From positions 3,224,001 to 3,288,000 of the forward strand of contig CM075989.1 of NCBI GenBank assembly GCA_038087875.1: a stretch of 64,000 nt of DNA, given 5' to 3'. This DNA comes from Malacoraja senta (Eukaryota). The notes under the pieces were generated by a model. The model worked only from the letters and a program-made list of their open reading frames with translations, had not been told where the DNA came from and did no database searches. A program made the position numbers and the translations under genes. Positions within the stretch are counted from its first letter, which is position 1; each line of letters begins with the position of its first letter. This document shows, in pieces, positions 24,451-36,517 of the stretch.

Positions 24451-24894
24451 TGTTCTATTGTCTATTGTCTATTGTCCCAACTACACAAGTCCCACCTGCG
24501 TGCGTTTGGTCCATATCCCACCAAACTTGTCCTATCCATACACCTGTTGGGATAATCCCTCAATTACTTGTTCAAGAAGGAACTGCAGATGCTGGACAAT
24601 CGAAGTTCAAGAAGGAACTGCGGATGCTGCGGCACCCGCTGAGTTACTTCAGCATTTTTGTCTACCCTCAATTACTTCCTCTGGCAGCTTGTTCCATACA
24701 CCCACCACCCTTTGTGTGAAAAAGTTACCCCTCAGATTCCTAATAAATCTTTTCCCCTTCAATCTGAACCCATGTCCTCTGGTCCTCGATTCCCCAACTC
24801 TGGGCACGAGACTCTGTGCATCTAAATGATTGATGGACATTTATTCTCACGCCTCATTAACATGCCATTGTCTCTTGTCAGCCCTTTCGGATGA

Positions 24895-25415
24895 GTTTGT
24901 CCAGCCAGCCTTCCCAATTGCCAACCACTTTAACTCCCCTTCCCATTCCCACACTGCCCTGAGCCTCCTCCACTGTCAGAGTGATGGCACACGCAAATCG
25001 GAGGAACAGCATCTCATATTTTGCTCGGGCAGCTTACACCACAACGGTATAATTATTGATTTCTCTAACTTCAAGTAACCCTTGCATCCCCTCTCCCTCC
25101 ATCCCTCCCCCACCCTAGTCATTGTACTAGTTTCACTGTCGTCCTGCTGAGTTTCACTGTTCATACCCCGTCGTTATCACCTCTTCCACAGCCAACAATG
25201 GACCATTGTGGGCTCCACCTTTCCTTGATCACCCTAGCTGGCATTGATTTGTTCCTTTCATACCTTTCATTCTTCTGTTCTTTGTACCTGCTCATTCCTC
25301 CAGCTTCCCTCTTCCCTGACTCTCAGTCTGAAGAAGAATCTTGATCACTTATTCCTTTTCTGTACAGATGCTGCCTGACCTCTTGAGTTACTCCAATATA
25401 TTGAGTCTATCTTCC
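24895..25415 (+). mobile_element. Penelope-like element 3' fragment
   Basis: HFNSPSHSH..EEQHLIF then decayed pLTR. Confidence 0.8.
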
Positions 25416-25639
25416 ACTAGCAATTGACTTCTTCGCCTCTGCTCTCAGACTCCAGAACCAATGTCCACTTTCACATCCCCTTTCCTCATCGCCTATTCTT
25501 ACTCTTAACTCTCCCTCGGTTATTTCACTATTTAGACTTTTGAGATACAGCGAGGAAACAAGCCCTTCGGCCCACCGAGTTCGTGCCGACCATCAATTAT
25601 CCTACACGCTATCCCGCCCTATCCTACACACTACCAGTT

Positions 25640-26670
25640 GTTTAAGAAGGAACTGCAGATGCTGGAAAATCGAAGGTAGACAAAAATGCTGGAGAAACTC
25701 AGCGGGTGAGGCAGCATCTATGGAGCGAAGGAAATAGGCAACGTTTTGGGTCGAGACCCTTCTTCAGACTGATGTGAGGGTGGGGGGGGGGCGGGAAGAA
25801 GAAAGGAAGAGGCAGAGACAGTGGGTTGAGGGAGAGCTGAGAAGGGGAGGAGAAAGCAAAGGGACTACCTGAAATTACTGAAGTCAATGTTCATACCACT
25901 GGGGTGTAAACTGCCCAAGCAAAATATGAGGTGCTGCTCCTTCAATTTATGGGGGGCCTCACTCTGGCCATGGAGAAGGCCCAGGACTGAAAGGTCGGAT
26001 TCGGAATGGGAGGGTGTTGAAATGCTGAGCCACCGGGAGATCAGGTAGGTTAATGCGAACCGAGCGGAGGTGTTGGATGAAGTGATCGCCAAGCCTACGC
26101 TTGGTCTCACCAATGTAGAGCAGCTGACACCTAGAGCAGCGGATGCAATAGATGAGGTTGGAGGAGGTGCAGGTGAACCTCTGCCACATCTGGAAAGGCT
26201 GCTTGGGTCCTTGAATGGAGTCAAGGGGGGAGGTAAAGCGACAAGTGTATCATTTCCTGCGGTTGCAAGGGAAAGTGCCAGGAGAGGGGGTGGTTTGGGT
26301 GGGAAGGGACTAATTGTCCAGGGAGTTATGGAGGGAGCGGTCTCTGCGGAAAGCAGTCAGGGGAGGAGATGGGAAGATGTGGCCAGTGGTGGGAGGTGGC
26401 GAAAATGTCGGAAAATTATTTGTTGTATGTGACGGCTGGTAGGGTGGAAGGTGAGGACAAGGGGGATTCTGCCCTTGTTACGAGTGGGGGGATGGGGAGT
26501 GAGAGCAGAGTGACGGGGTATAAAAGAGATCCTGGTGAGAGTCTCATCTATAGTAGAAGAGGGGAACCCCCGTTCCCTGAAGAATTAGGACATCGCCGAT
26601 GCCCTGGTGTGGAAAACCTCATCCTGGATGCAGATGCGGCGTAGACGGAGGAATTGGGAGTAGGAGATGG
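25640..26670 (-). mobile_element. Penelope-like (Neptune-type) retroelement 3' part
   Basis: GIY-YIG motif LIYCIRCSRCQLLYIGETKRRL; pLTR with hammerhead-like motif. Confidence 0.9.
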
Positions 26671-27399
26671 GATAGTCCAGATAGCCTTTCTTTTTCGCGC
26701 CCCCCCCTCCCCCCCACCCTCACATCAGTCTGAAGAAGGGTCTGGACCCGAAACGTTGGGGGGGTGGGGAATGGGGAGGATGGGGGGGGGGAGGGTTGTT
26801 AGAGATTACCTAAAATTGGAGAAGTCATACCATAGGGTTGTAAGATTCCCAAGCTGAATATGAGGTGCTGTTCCTCCAGTTTGTGTGTGTGGCCTCACTC
26901 TGGCCATGGAAGAGGCTCAGGACAGAAAGGTCAGTGTGGGAATGGGCAGGGGAGTAAACGTGGTTAGATCTATATTTTCTGGATTTCAGAGGAAGAATAT
27001 ATCATCTCATTAAAATGAACCCAGTCCAGTTATTGCCACTCAAGAGGAAGTACATGACTGCCCTACAGGGCCTTAGTGGAGCGCCAGACTGGTAAAGTGA
27101 TGAACTCTCCATGATTCAATGATACTGTATGGAGGCAAGTTATGTGTCAGGAGTACCCTGGCAGGCCATGGCCAACCCCACCAGTGTACACTCTACACCT
27201 CGACACCTGCTCTACACCTGTTAAACCACAGCAATCATCACAATGCATTCCAGTCTTGCAACGTACAGTACTTGTTCCCCTCCATCAGGAAGCCATGTGG
27301 CCCATCTAGTTTGTGCTAGCTCTTCATTGATCTATCACCATCCCCACCTTGTCCCCGACTCTTTCCATCTCACTTCCCAGCAGTGTGATTTAGCAAGCG

Positions 27400-27915
27400 T
27401 TTTATCAGGATGCATCGCAGCATGGTTTGGGAACGGCTTCATCCAAGACCGTAAGAATAAGCAGAGAATTGTTGACGCAGCCCAGACAATCACACAAACC
27501 AACCACACTTCCACCAACTCCATTTACACCTCACGTTGCCTCAGCATAATCAAGGACGAGTCTCACCCCGGCCACTCCCTCTTCTCCCCTCTCCCCTCTC
27601 CCATCAGGCAAGAGATACAGAAGTGTGAAAACGCACACCTCCAGATTCAGGGACAGTTTCTTCCCGGCTGTTATCAGGCAACTGGTCTATCCTAGCAACA
27701 ACTAGAGAGCAGGCCTGAGCAACAATCTACCTCATTGGAGACACTCGGACGATCGGACTTAACTGGATTTTACCTTATTCACATTATTCCCTTTATTATG
27801 TATCTATACACTGTGGACGGCTCGATTGTAATCATGTATTGTCTTTCTGCTGACTGGTTAGCATGCAACTAAAGCTTTGCACTGTACCTCGGTAAACGTA
27901 ACAATAAACCAAACT
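27400..27915 (+). mobile_element. Rex1-type LINE 3' fragment
   Basis: SVLSGCIAAWFGN...IIKDESHPGHSLFSPLPS and 3' tail. Confidence 0.75.
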
Positions 27916-27919
27916 CATC

Positions 27920-28470
27920 ACGAGGTTAATTCTCGGGATGGTGGGACTGTCATATGTTGAAAGAATAGAGCAGCTGAGCTTATATACACTGGAATTTAGG
28001 ATGAGAGGGGATCTTATTGAAACATATAAGACATATAAAATGTCACGTCACCCCGCGACATGTCGCCTGTATGGTTGTGAGTTGTCGCCCAAAGTCATAC
28101 CTTTTTCTGGTTGCCGCTGGATTTTCAACATGTTGAGATTTTTCGGCCACCTGCTGTGACTATGACGGGTGCCAGCAGTCACCGAAAAAATCGCGTAAGT
28201 GGGACAGGCCCTTTAAAACGGATGTGAGGAATAACCTTTTCACCCAGAGGGTTGTGAATCTGTGGAATTCTCTGCCACAGGAGGCAGTGGAGGCCAATTC
28301 TCTGGATGCTTTCAAGAGAGAGTTAGATAGAGCTCTTAAAGATAGCGGAGTCAAGGGGTATGGGGAGAAGGCAGGAACGGGGTACAGATTGTGGATGATC
28401 AGTCATGATCACAGTGAATGGCGGTGCTGGCTCGTAGGGCCGAATGTCCTACTCCTGCACCTACTGTCTG
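27920..28470 (+). mobile_element. CR1 3' fragment with a Harbinger-like MITE end inserted at about 28040-28212
   Basis: RGDLIETYK, FTQRVVNLWNSLP; GTGGGACAGGCCCT terminus. Confidence 0.75.
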
Positions 28471-30305
28471 TCTTAAGCACCACACCAAGTGTATGTAAAC
28501 ACTTCCTCACATCCTCGCTAAATATTTGTCCCATCAACTTCCATCCATGTTCCATCTTCTTCATCCATCTGCCCCAAGGCTCCTGATGTGATTAGGAAAA
28601 CAGAGGGACCTATGGAACTGTGATAGTATCTTCAGAAACTGTTAAACAGTCTCCTAAAATCAAATGGAATCATGCCAGATTTCCTAAAGCTGTTTGAATG
28701 TCATCTTGTCATGAGCTGTTACTTATTTCTCTGAATCAGTAATCATTATTTCATTATAAATATTCTGCCATCTCGCCAGCCTCTATAATTTAGTTCGTGT
28801 TTAACAGCCTCCTTGCATGTCATGTGACGTTCCTAAGCCCTCCCCCCGGCATCGTTCAAAGAGTTTCAAGGGTGCGTTCCACTCCCATTTTAATCGCCTC
28901 CAATTTAATGGAAAAAATAAAATATATATCATTACCAAAAATGCTAGGCAGAGCATGAATCAAAGGTTGCAATTTAAACTGTGAGTTCAATCATTGTTCA
29001 GAGGCCAGAGCAGTTTAGTGGCAATCTACAGAAAGCACAGCATGCGTGACCTTGTTACTCATTCTCAGCTGCTGAGAATTCTTATCATGTTATTGAAATG
29101 CTAAGAGTGCTGCAAATCTCGCAGTGCAATTTGCAGAATAGATGAAGCGGTGGTCAGTGCAGCCGTCGGAGAAGTCAGTGAAAACCCAGATGTTACAGAG
29201 GCCAATTAACCTGCAAACGCACAGGTCTTTGGGACGTGGGAGGAAACCGGAGCGCCCGGAGGAAAACCGTCTGTCCAACTGCTCATTATAACTAATACAC
29301 CCCTAATCCAGGCAGCATTCTGGTAGAGCTCTTCATTCATTCATGTTCATAAGTGATACGTAGGAGCAGAATTAAGTCATTCCGCCCATCAAGTCTACTC
29401 GGCCATTCAATCATGGCTGATCTATCTTTCCCCCCTCAACCCCATTCTCCTGCCTTCTCCCCATAACCCCTGACACCCATACACTCTCTCCAATGCCTCC
29501 ACAATCTTCCTGTAATGAACCAAACAAAACTCCAATACTCCAAATGCGACCTAACGAAAGTTTTATAAAGCAAGAAAATACATTTTTTTGTTATTTATCA
29601 TGGTGTTTCCAGAGTACTCTGTTTACATATGTGTTGAAGAAGGAACTGCAGATGCTGGAAAATCGACGGTAGACAAAAGTGCTGGAGAAATGCAGCGGGT
29701 GAGGCAGCATTTATGGAGCGAAGGAAATGGGCAACGTTTCGGGCCGAGTTTCGGCCCGAACGTTGCCTATTTCCTTCACTCCATAAATGCTGCCTCACCC
29801 GCTGAGTTTCTCCAGCACTTTTGTCTGTCCTGTCTAGATAGTCCTATTTCCCCATGTTTGGCTCATAACCCCCAGAAACCTTTCCGATCTATCCATCTAA
29901 TTGGTGATTGATACAAAAGTAGCTGGAGTAGTAAGTCAGTGGGACTTTCAGTCCGAAGAAGGGTCTCGACCTGAAACGTCACCCATTCCTTCTCTCCAGA
30001 GATGCTGCCTGTGCCGCTGTGTTTTTTGTATCTATCTTCGGTTTAAACCAGCATCTGCAGTTCCTTCCTACACATTTTATCTAATTGGTGAGTTTCTGTG
30101 GTTGATAGGTGTAGGAAGAAACTGCAGATGCTGGTATATATATGTTGTGCTGCTGCTGCTGCAAGGAGGAATTTCATTGATCCATTTGAGGACATATAAC
30201 AATTAGAACGCTCTTGATACTTCACTCTCTTGACTCGGACTCTGGATTGCCTCTCACAATGGATAGGTGACGATTCAGGTCAGAGGCCAAAGTGTCAAGA
30301 GTCAA

Positions 30306-31780
30306 GGTACACAAAAATTCTGGAGAAACTCAGCGGATGCAGCAGCATCTATGGAGCGAAGGAGATAGGCAACGTTTCGGGCCGAAACCCTTCTTCAGAC
30401 TGATGGGGGATGGGGAGAAGAAAGGAAAAAGGCAGAGGAGGAGCCCGACGGGCTGAGGGATGGGAGGAGACAACCAGAGGGCTGAAGAAGAGGAGGAGAC
30501 AGCAAGGGCTAGCAAAATTGGGAGAATTCAATGTTCATGCCCCAGGATGCAGACTACCCAAGCGGAATATGAGGAGCATTTCCTCCAATTTCCGGTGTTG
30601 CTCGCTGTGGCCATGGAAGAGACCCAGTACAGAGAGGTCGGATACGGAATGGGAGGGGGAGTTGAAGTGCTGAGCCACCGGGAGGTCAGGTTGGTTATTG
30701 CGGACCGAGCGAAATGATCGCCAAGCCTCCGCTTGGTCTCACCGATGTAGATCAGCTGACATCTAGAGCAGCGGATGCAATAGATGAGGTTGGAGGAGAT
30801 GCAGGTGAACCTCTGTCGCACCTGGAACGACTGCTTGGGTCCTTGAATGGAGTCGAGGGGGGAGGTGAAGGGACAAGTGTTGCATCTCTTGTGGTTGCAA
30901 GGGAAAGTACCCGGGGAGGGGGTGGTACGGGAGGGAAGGGAAGAATAGACAAGGGAGTTACAGAGGGAGCGGTCTTTGTGGAAGGCAGACATGGGGGGTG
31001 GGAAGATGTGGCGAGTGGTGGAGTCACGTTCCAGAAACTGACGGAGGATTACTTGTTGTATGTGACGGCTGGTGGGGTGAAAGGTGAGGACTAGGGGGAC
31101 TCTGCCCTTGTTGCGAGTGGGGGGGATGGGGAGAGAGAGCAGTGTTGCGCGGTATGGAAGAGACCCTGGTGCGAGCCCCATCTATGGTGGAGGAGGGGAA
31201 CCCCCGTTCCCTGAAGAATTAGGACATTTCGGATGCCCTGGTGTGGAACGCCTCATCCTGGGAGCAGATGCGGCGTAGACGGAGGAATTGGGAGTAGTGG
31301 ATGGAGTTCTTACAGGAAGCAGGGTGGGAAGAAGTGTAGTCCAGATAGCCATGGGAGTCAGTAGGTTTATAGTGGATGTCGGTCAGAAGTCTATCACCTG
31401 CGATGGAGATAGTGAGGTCAACGAATGGTAGGGAAGTGTCGGAAATGGTCCAGGTGTATTTGAGTGCCGGATGGAAGTTGGTGGTGAAGCGGATGAAGTC
31501 AGTCAGTTGTGTGTGGGTGCAGGAGGTGGCACCAAAGCAGTCGTCGATGTAGTGGAGGTAGAGGTCGGGGATGGGGCCCTGGTACGTATTGAACAAGGAT
31601 TGTTCTACGTACCCGACAAAGAGGCAGGCGTAGCTGGGGCCCATGCGTGTGCCCATAGCTACGCCTTGTATTTGGAGGAAATGGGAGGAGTCAAACGAGA
31701 AGTTATTGAGGGTAAGGACCAGCTCCGCAAGGCGGAGGAGGGCGTCAGTGTCCGGGTATAGGTTGCTTCTCTGGTCGAGG
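30306..31780 (-). mobile_element. Penelope-like (Neptune-type) retroelement: RT, Cys-rich linker, GIY-YIG, pLTR
   Basis: QIQGVAMGTRMGPSYA, YIDD, CNHKRCNTC linker, LIYCIRCSRCQLIYIGETKRRL. Confidence 0.95.
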
Positions 31781-31789
31781 AAGAACACC

Positions 31790-31920
31790 AGAATATGTAA
31801 CTCTGTAAACAAAATAATGAGAGAGAAAAAAGGTCAGGTGTGTATATATACACATACTCACAAGTGCACACACATACTATATATATATATATACTATGTG
31901 TATATACAGTATATACATAT

Positions 31921-31961
<41 letters not shown>

Positions 31962-31996
31962 TATACACATATACAAAAAACAAACAATAGGTGTGC

Positions 31997-32033
<37 letters not shown>

Positions 32034-32375
32034 GTCTATTGTAGTTCAGAGCTTATTGAGGTTATCGTGTTTAATAGCCTGATGGCTGCAGGGAAGAAGC
32101 TGTTCCTGAACCTGGACGTTACAGTTTTCAGGCTCCTGTCCGTTCTCCCTGATGGCAGTGGTGAAATGAGAGCGTGGCCAGGATGGTGTGGGTCTCCGAT
32201 GATGCTGGCTGCCTTTTTGAGGCAGCGACTCTGATAAATCCCTTCGATGGTGGGGAGGTCAGAGCCGGTGATGGACTGGGCAGTGGTCACAACTTTTTGC
32301 GGTCTTTTCCACTCCTGGACGTTCAAGTTGCCGAACCAGGCCACGATGCAACCAGTCAATATGCTCTCTACTGTA
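31790..32375 (-). mobile_element. Rex1 LINE 3' fragment containing microsatellites
   Basis: TGCIVAWFGN...HHPGHALISPLPSGR...FRNSFFP; (TAA)n and (TACACA)n at 31840-32033. Confidence 0.88.
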
Positions 32376-33214
32376 CATGTTCACCTATCCATGTTCTACA
32401 AAGATGTTGCATAACCCGCTGAGTTACTCCAGCACTTTGTGTCCTTTTTTTGTAAAACAGCATTTGGAGTTAGAAACAGAGAAATATAGAAAATGCGTGC
32501 AGGAGTAGGCCATTCGGCCCTTCGAACCAGCACCATCATTCAACATGATCATGGCTGATCATCCAAAATCAGTACCCCGTTCCTGCTTTCTCCCCATATC
32601 CATTGATTCCTTTAGCCCTAAGAGCTCTATCTAACTCTCTCTTGAAAACATCCAGTAAATTGGCCTCCACTGTCTTCTGGGGCAGAGAATTCCACAGATT
32701 CACAACTCTCTGGGTGAAAATGTCTTTCTTCATCTCAGTCTCAATGGCCTACCCCTTATTCTTAAACTGTGACCCCTGGTTCTGGACTCCCCCAACATGG
32801 GGAACATTTTTCCAATCCCTTAAGAATTGTACATGTTTCTATAAATTCTTTCTATAAGTTCTATGAGTTCCTTGTTTCTACTTCTTCTACGCCAATCTAT
32901 CCACCTGTGTTGCCGTTTTCGGGGATCTTTGGGCTTGAACCCCAAGATCTCTCCGTACATCAATGCTGTTAAGGATCTTGCCAGAGATTGCACAGCTGCT
33001 GGTAACTGAATTGGATCGAATGCATAAAATCAATCTTTTCACAGCAATTTTCTGGAGAAACTATCAGTTTCTTTCCTCCCCTCTTTAACCAGATTGTTTT
33101 CTGAGTAAGTGGATTCTTGAGCCGAGAATATGTTTGGCCTGTCTCCAAGTAATTCATTGCCAGTGTACACTCTGTACTTGCTTATTACAGACACTCATTC
33201 CCTTCTGGTTCGAA

Positions 33215-33620
33215 AAATGGACATGCATTTCTATAGCGCCCTCCAAGAACCTTTCAGGACATTTCAAAGTACTTCGCGTCAACCGAGTGAGTTTGAATGT
33301 GAAATAAAGAATGCTGGTTTACACCAAAGACAGACACAAGTGCTGGGGTTACTTAGTGGGTAGGGCAGCATCTCTGGAGAAAAAGGATTGGTTGGACCCT
33401 TCTTCAGACTGAAAGTAGGGGGGGGGGGGGAGGGGTGAAGCGCTGGGGGGCGAGAAAAGGCCAGGATCAATCAGGGCCAGCCACAAATGGCCTCAGGTGT
33501 GGTGGTGCCTGGAAGGTCCATTGTTGGGTCGGGAAGGAGAAGTGTGGCCATTGTGTAAATATAGAAAACACAACAACCAATTTACTTTCTGCTAGGTCTT
33601 ACAAATGAGATCATGAGCCG
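33215..33620 (-). mobile_element. Old DeuSINE (SacSINE1/AmnSINE1-like) relic interrupted by a PLE end
   Basis: TGCATTTCTATAGCGCC...CAAAGTACTTC...AGTGTGGCCATTGTG...CCAATTT resembles the reverse-complemented DeuSINE 3' region as I recall it. Confidence 0.45.
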
Positions 33621-34285
33621 GAGTTTAAATGAGGTTAGGTGTGGGTCGTGTGGGTGAGAAGAAACTGCAGATGCTGATTTAAACTGAAGATAGACACAAA
33701 TTGCTGGAGTGACTCAGCGGGGCAGGCAGCATCTCTGGAGAGAAGGAATGGGTGACGTTCCGCGTCAACCCGAAACATCACCCATTCCTTCTCTCCAGAG
33801 ATGCTGCCTGTCCCGCTGAGTTACTCCAGCATTTTGTGTCTATCTAAGTGTGGGTTAACTCTGAAGAAGGGTTTCGGCCCGAAACGTTGCCTATTTCCTT
33901 CGCTCCATAGATGCTGCTGCACCCGCTGAGTTTCTCCAGCATTTTTGTGTACCGTAGGTTAACTCTTCTGCCCAAAAAAGAGCCCAACATCCTCTTTATT
34001 CTAAATCTTCCTGACTTCCCACTCACATCCCCTGGTCTTCTTCCCTTATCTGTTTCCGGAAGTGGCGGCGCTGTCGTACAGCAGCGGCTCGCCTGCAGTC
34101 CGTCTGTTTTTACTTTTTTTGTTGTTTTCTTTTGTCCTGTTTCAGTTAAATTTTAGTTTATTGGGTTGTGTATGTGTGGGGTGGGGGGGTGAAACATGAC
34201 TTTTGTCTCTTCCTTCGGGGGAATGCGACTTTTTCTTGTCGTATCCCCCTTCTCTGCCTCCGTCTGCGCTGAGGCCAAAATGGCG

Positions 34286-34478
34286 GAGCTGCCGGCCTCC
34301 AACTCCAACTGCGAGCTGCCGGCCTCCAACTCCAACTGCGAGCTGCCGGCCTCCAACTCCAACTGCGAGCTGCCGGCCTCCAACTCCAACTGCGAGCTGC
34401 CGGCCTCCAACTCCAACTGCGAGCTGCCGGCCTCCAACTCCAACTGCGAGCTGCCGGCCTCCAACTCCAACTGCGAGC
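34286..34478 (+). repeat. 27-bp tandem repeat, 7 perfect copies
   Basis: (GAGCTGCCGGCCTCCAACTCCAACTGC)7. Confidence 0.98.
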
Positions 34479-34550
34479 GACCGACCGACCTCGAGGCTCC
34501 GGAGGCAGAGCCAGGACTTACCAGGGCGAGGCTGGCCAACTTCGGGGCTG

Positions 34551-34610
34551 CGGTGGCGTTCCGGCGGTGGCGGTGGCGTTCCGGCGGTGGCGGTGGCGTT
34601 CCGGCGGTGG
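34551..34610 (+). repeat. 20-bp tandem repeat, 3 copies
   Basis: (CGGTGGCGTTCCGGCGGTGG)3. Confidence 0.95.
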
Positions 34611-36517
34611 CGACCGAGGACACTGGTGGCGACCTGAATCCGGAGGCTCGGCCGCGGGCCCAGTGGACGACATCGTCGGGAGCGCGCAGGTCACAGGTTG
34701 GTGACCTGTTTTTCTGGGGCTCCCGCAACTACAGCTGCGTCCGCTGGACTGGAGGGCGGCAGCTTCGGCAGCTTCGACCACCCCGGGCCGCGGAGTTTGA
34801 ACCGGCCCGTCGCGGAGCACGGATTCGGCCGCTGGACTGGCTTACCGTCGCCCGGCGGGGTCACAGCATCAGAAGCCTGGATCGCCTCAGCGCAGAGGGA
34901 GAAGAAAGCGGGAAGAGACAGAGACTTTAAGACTTTTGCCTCCATCACAGTGAGGAGGTGCCTGGTGAACTCACTGTGGTGGATGTTAATTTGTGTTTAT
35001 TGTGTGTTTTGTCATTTATTATTATATGTATGACTGCAGGCAACGAAATTTCGTTCAGACCGAAAGGTCTGAATGACAAATAAAGGAATCTCTAATCTCT
35101 AATCTCTAACCTGCAATAATAGTTTAATATGTCCACCTTCTGATCTTTAATAATTGCATTGTTTAGTTTAGTTTAGACAATAGACAATAGGTGCAGGAGT
35201 GGGCCATTCAGCCTTTTGAGCCAGCACCGCCATTCAATGTGATCATGGTTGATCATCCCCAATCAGTACTCCGTTCCTGCCTTCTCCCCATATCCCCTGA
35301 CTCCGCTATCTTTAAGAGCCCCATCTAGCTCTCTCTTGATAGTATCCAGAGAAGCGGCCTCCACCGCGCTCTGAGGCAGAATTTAGTTTAGTTTGATTTA
35401 GTTTAATTTAGTTTAGTTTCGAGACACAGTGTGGAAACAGGCCCTCTGGCCCACTGAGTCGGTGCCAAGCAACAATCACCCCGTACACCAGTGCTTTCCT
35501 GCACTCTAGGGACAATTTACAAACCCGCACGTCTTTGGAATGTGGGAAGAAACGGGAGTACCCGGAGAAAACCCACGCAGTCGCAGGGAGAACGTGCAAA
35601 CTCCACACACGTAATCAGGATTGAACCCAGGACTCTGGTGCTGTGAGGCAGCAACTCTGCTGTCATCGTACCAGTGCGCCAACACACTGTTTGATGACAT
35701 CACAGTGTCTGCCATCTTGAAAAGTATTGCCCTTGGAATTTAGCGTCACAATAATCCTCCCAATGAAAGATTCGCCTCCACGATGGCAGCCACAATAAAT
35801 AGAGGAGAGAGAGAGAGAGAAAGGATTCAAAAACTATCAGCACAGACACAGCCATTAAATTGGTACTGTCAAAGATTATTCTCTTCATTTTGAAAACGAG
35901 GTGAATAGTCAAGCCTCTCTCCAAGAGATTGTATAGATAAGAAAAAAGGATGATATAAGTCATAAATTAGAACAAGATGGCACATTGTTTGGGAATTAAA
36001 CACTGGTGCATTGGCGAAGGAAAGGAAGACAGACAGATACTGACACGGAGTCAGACATTCACACAGATTCTGTAATTGTTTCGCTGTTTTGTATGAGCAC
36101 GTTGTCCTATTTAATCTAAGGCGTCTCGTTTGCATGGGTGATGTGTCAAAGGTAGCTCATTCACAGGAGGCTCGAACCACAAAGGCAGGAATCTACCCAA
36201 GCAAAAGACTATAAATAATTCACCGTGACCGCCTGTTTACTTTTGATTTTGCTTAATTTATTCCGGAGTGCAGCTGGGGGAGGCTGCTGGAGATTTTTTT
36301 TCACACAGGTTGCCGGCGATTCACAGATATTAATTAAGCTGAGGAGCGAAGTAGAGTTTCAAACACAAAGGTGAATTAAATCCACACTCCAGTATTTGTG
36401 TATAATGACTGCAGGAGCATCTAAGGCTCCATCACTAGATGAAAGGATCCAAACATAACCTGTATGACCCTTGGGTATAAGCCTCTTCAACCTGTTTGAC
36501 ACAAATAGCTGGAGTAA

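Larger units (their letters stand above)
34052..35110 (+). mobile_element. GC-rich non-autonomous retroposon with Rex-like 3' end
   Basis: 3' stem-loop TTCAGACC-GAAA-GGTCTGAA, AATAAA, (TCTCTAA)n tail; CCATCACAGTGA..TCACTGTGGTGG hairpin shared with other copies. Confidence 0.6.

Noticed and set aside
32900..33200. Possible host exon in unique sequence
   Set aside because: No recognisable protein motif or convincing splice-site pair.
34196..34930. 244-aa repeat protein or CRISPR-like array
   Set aside because: Head-to-tail minisatellite with no spacers, inside a GC-rich retroposon in eukaryotic DNA.
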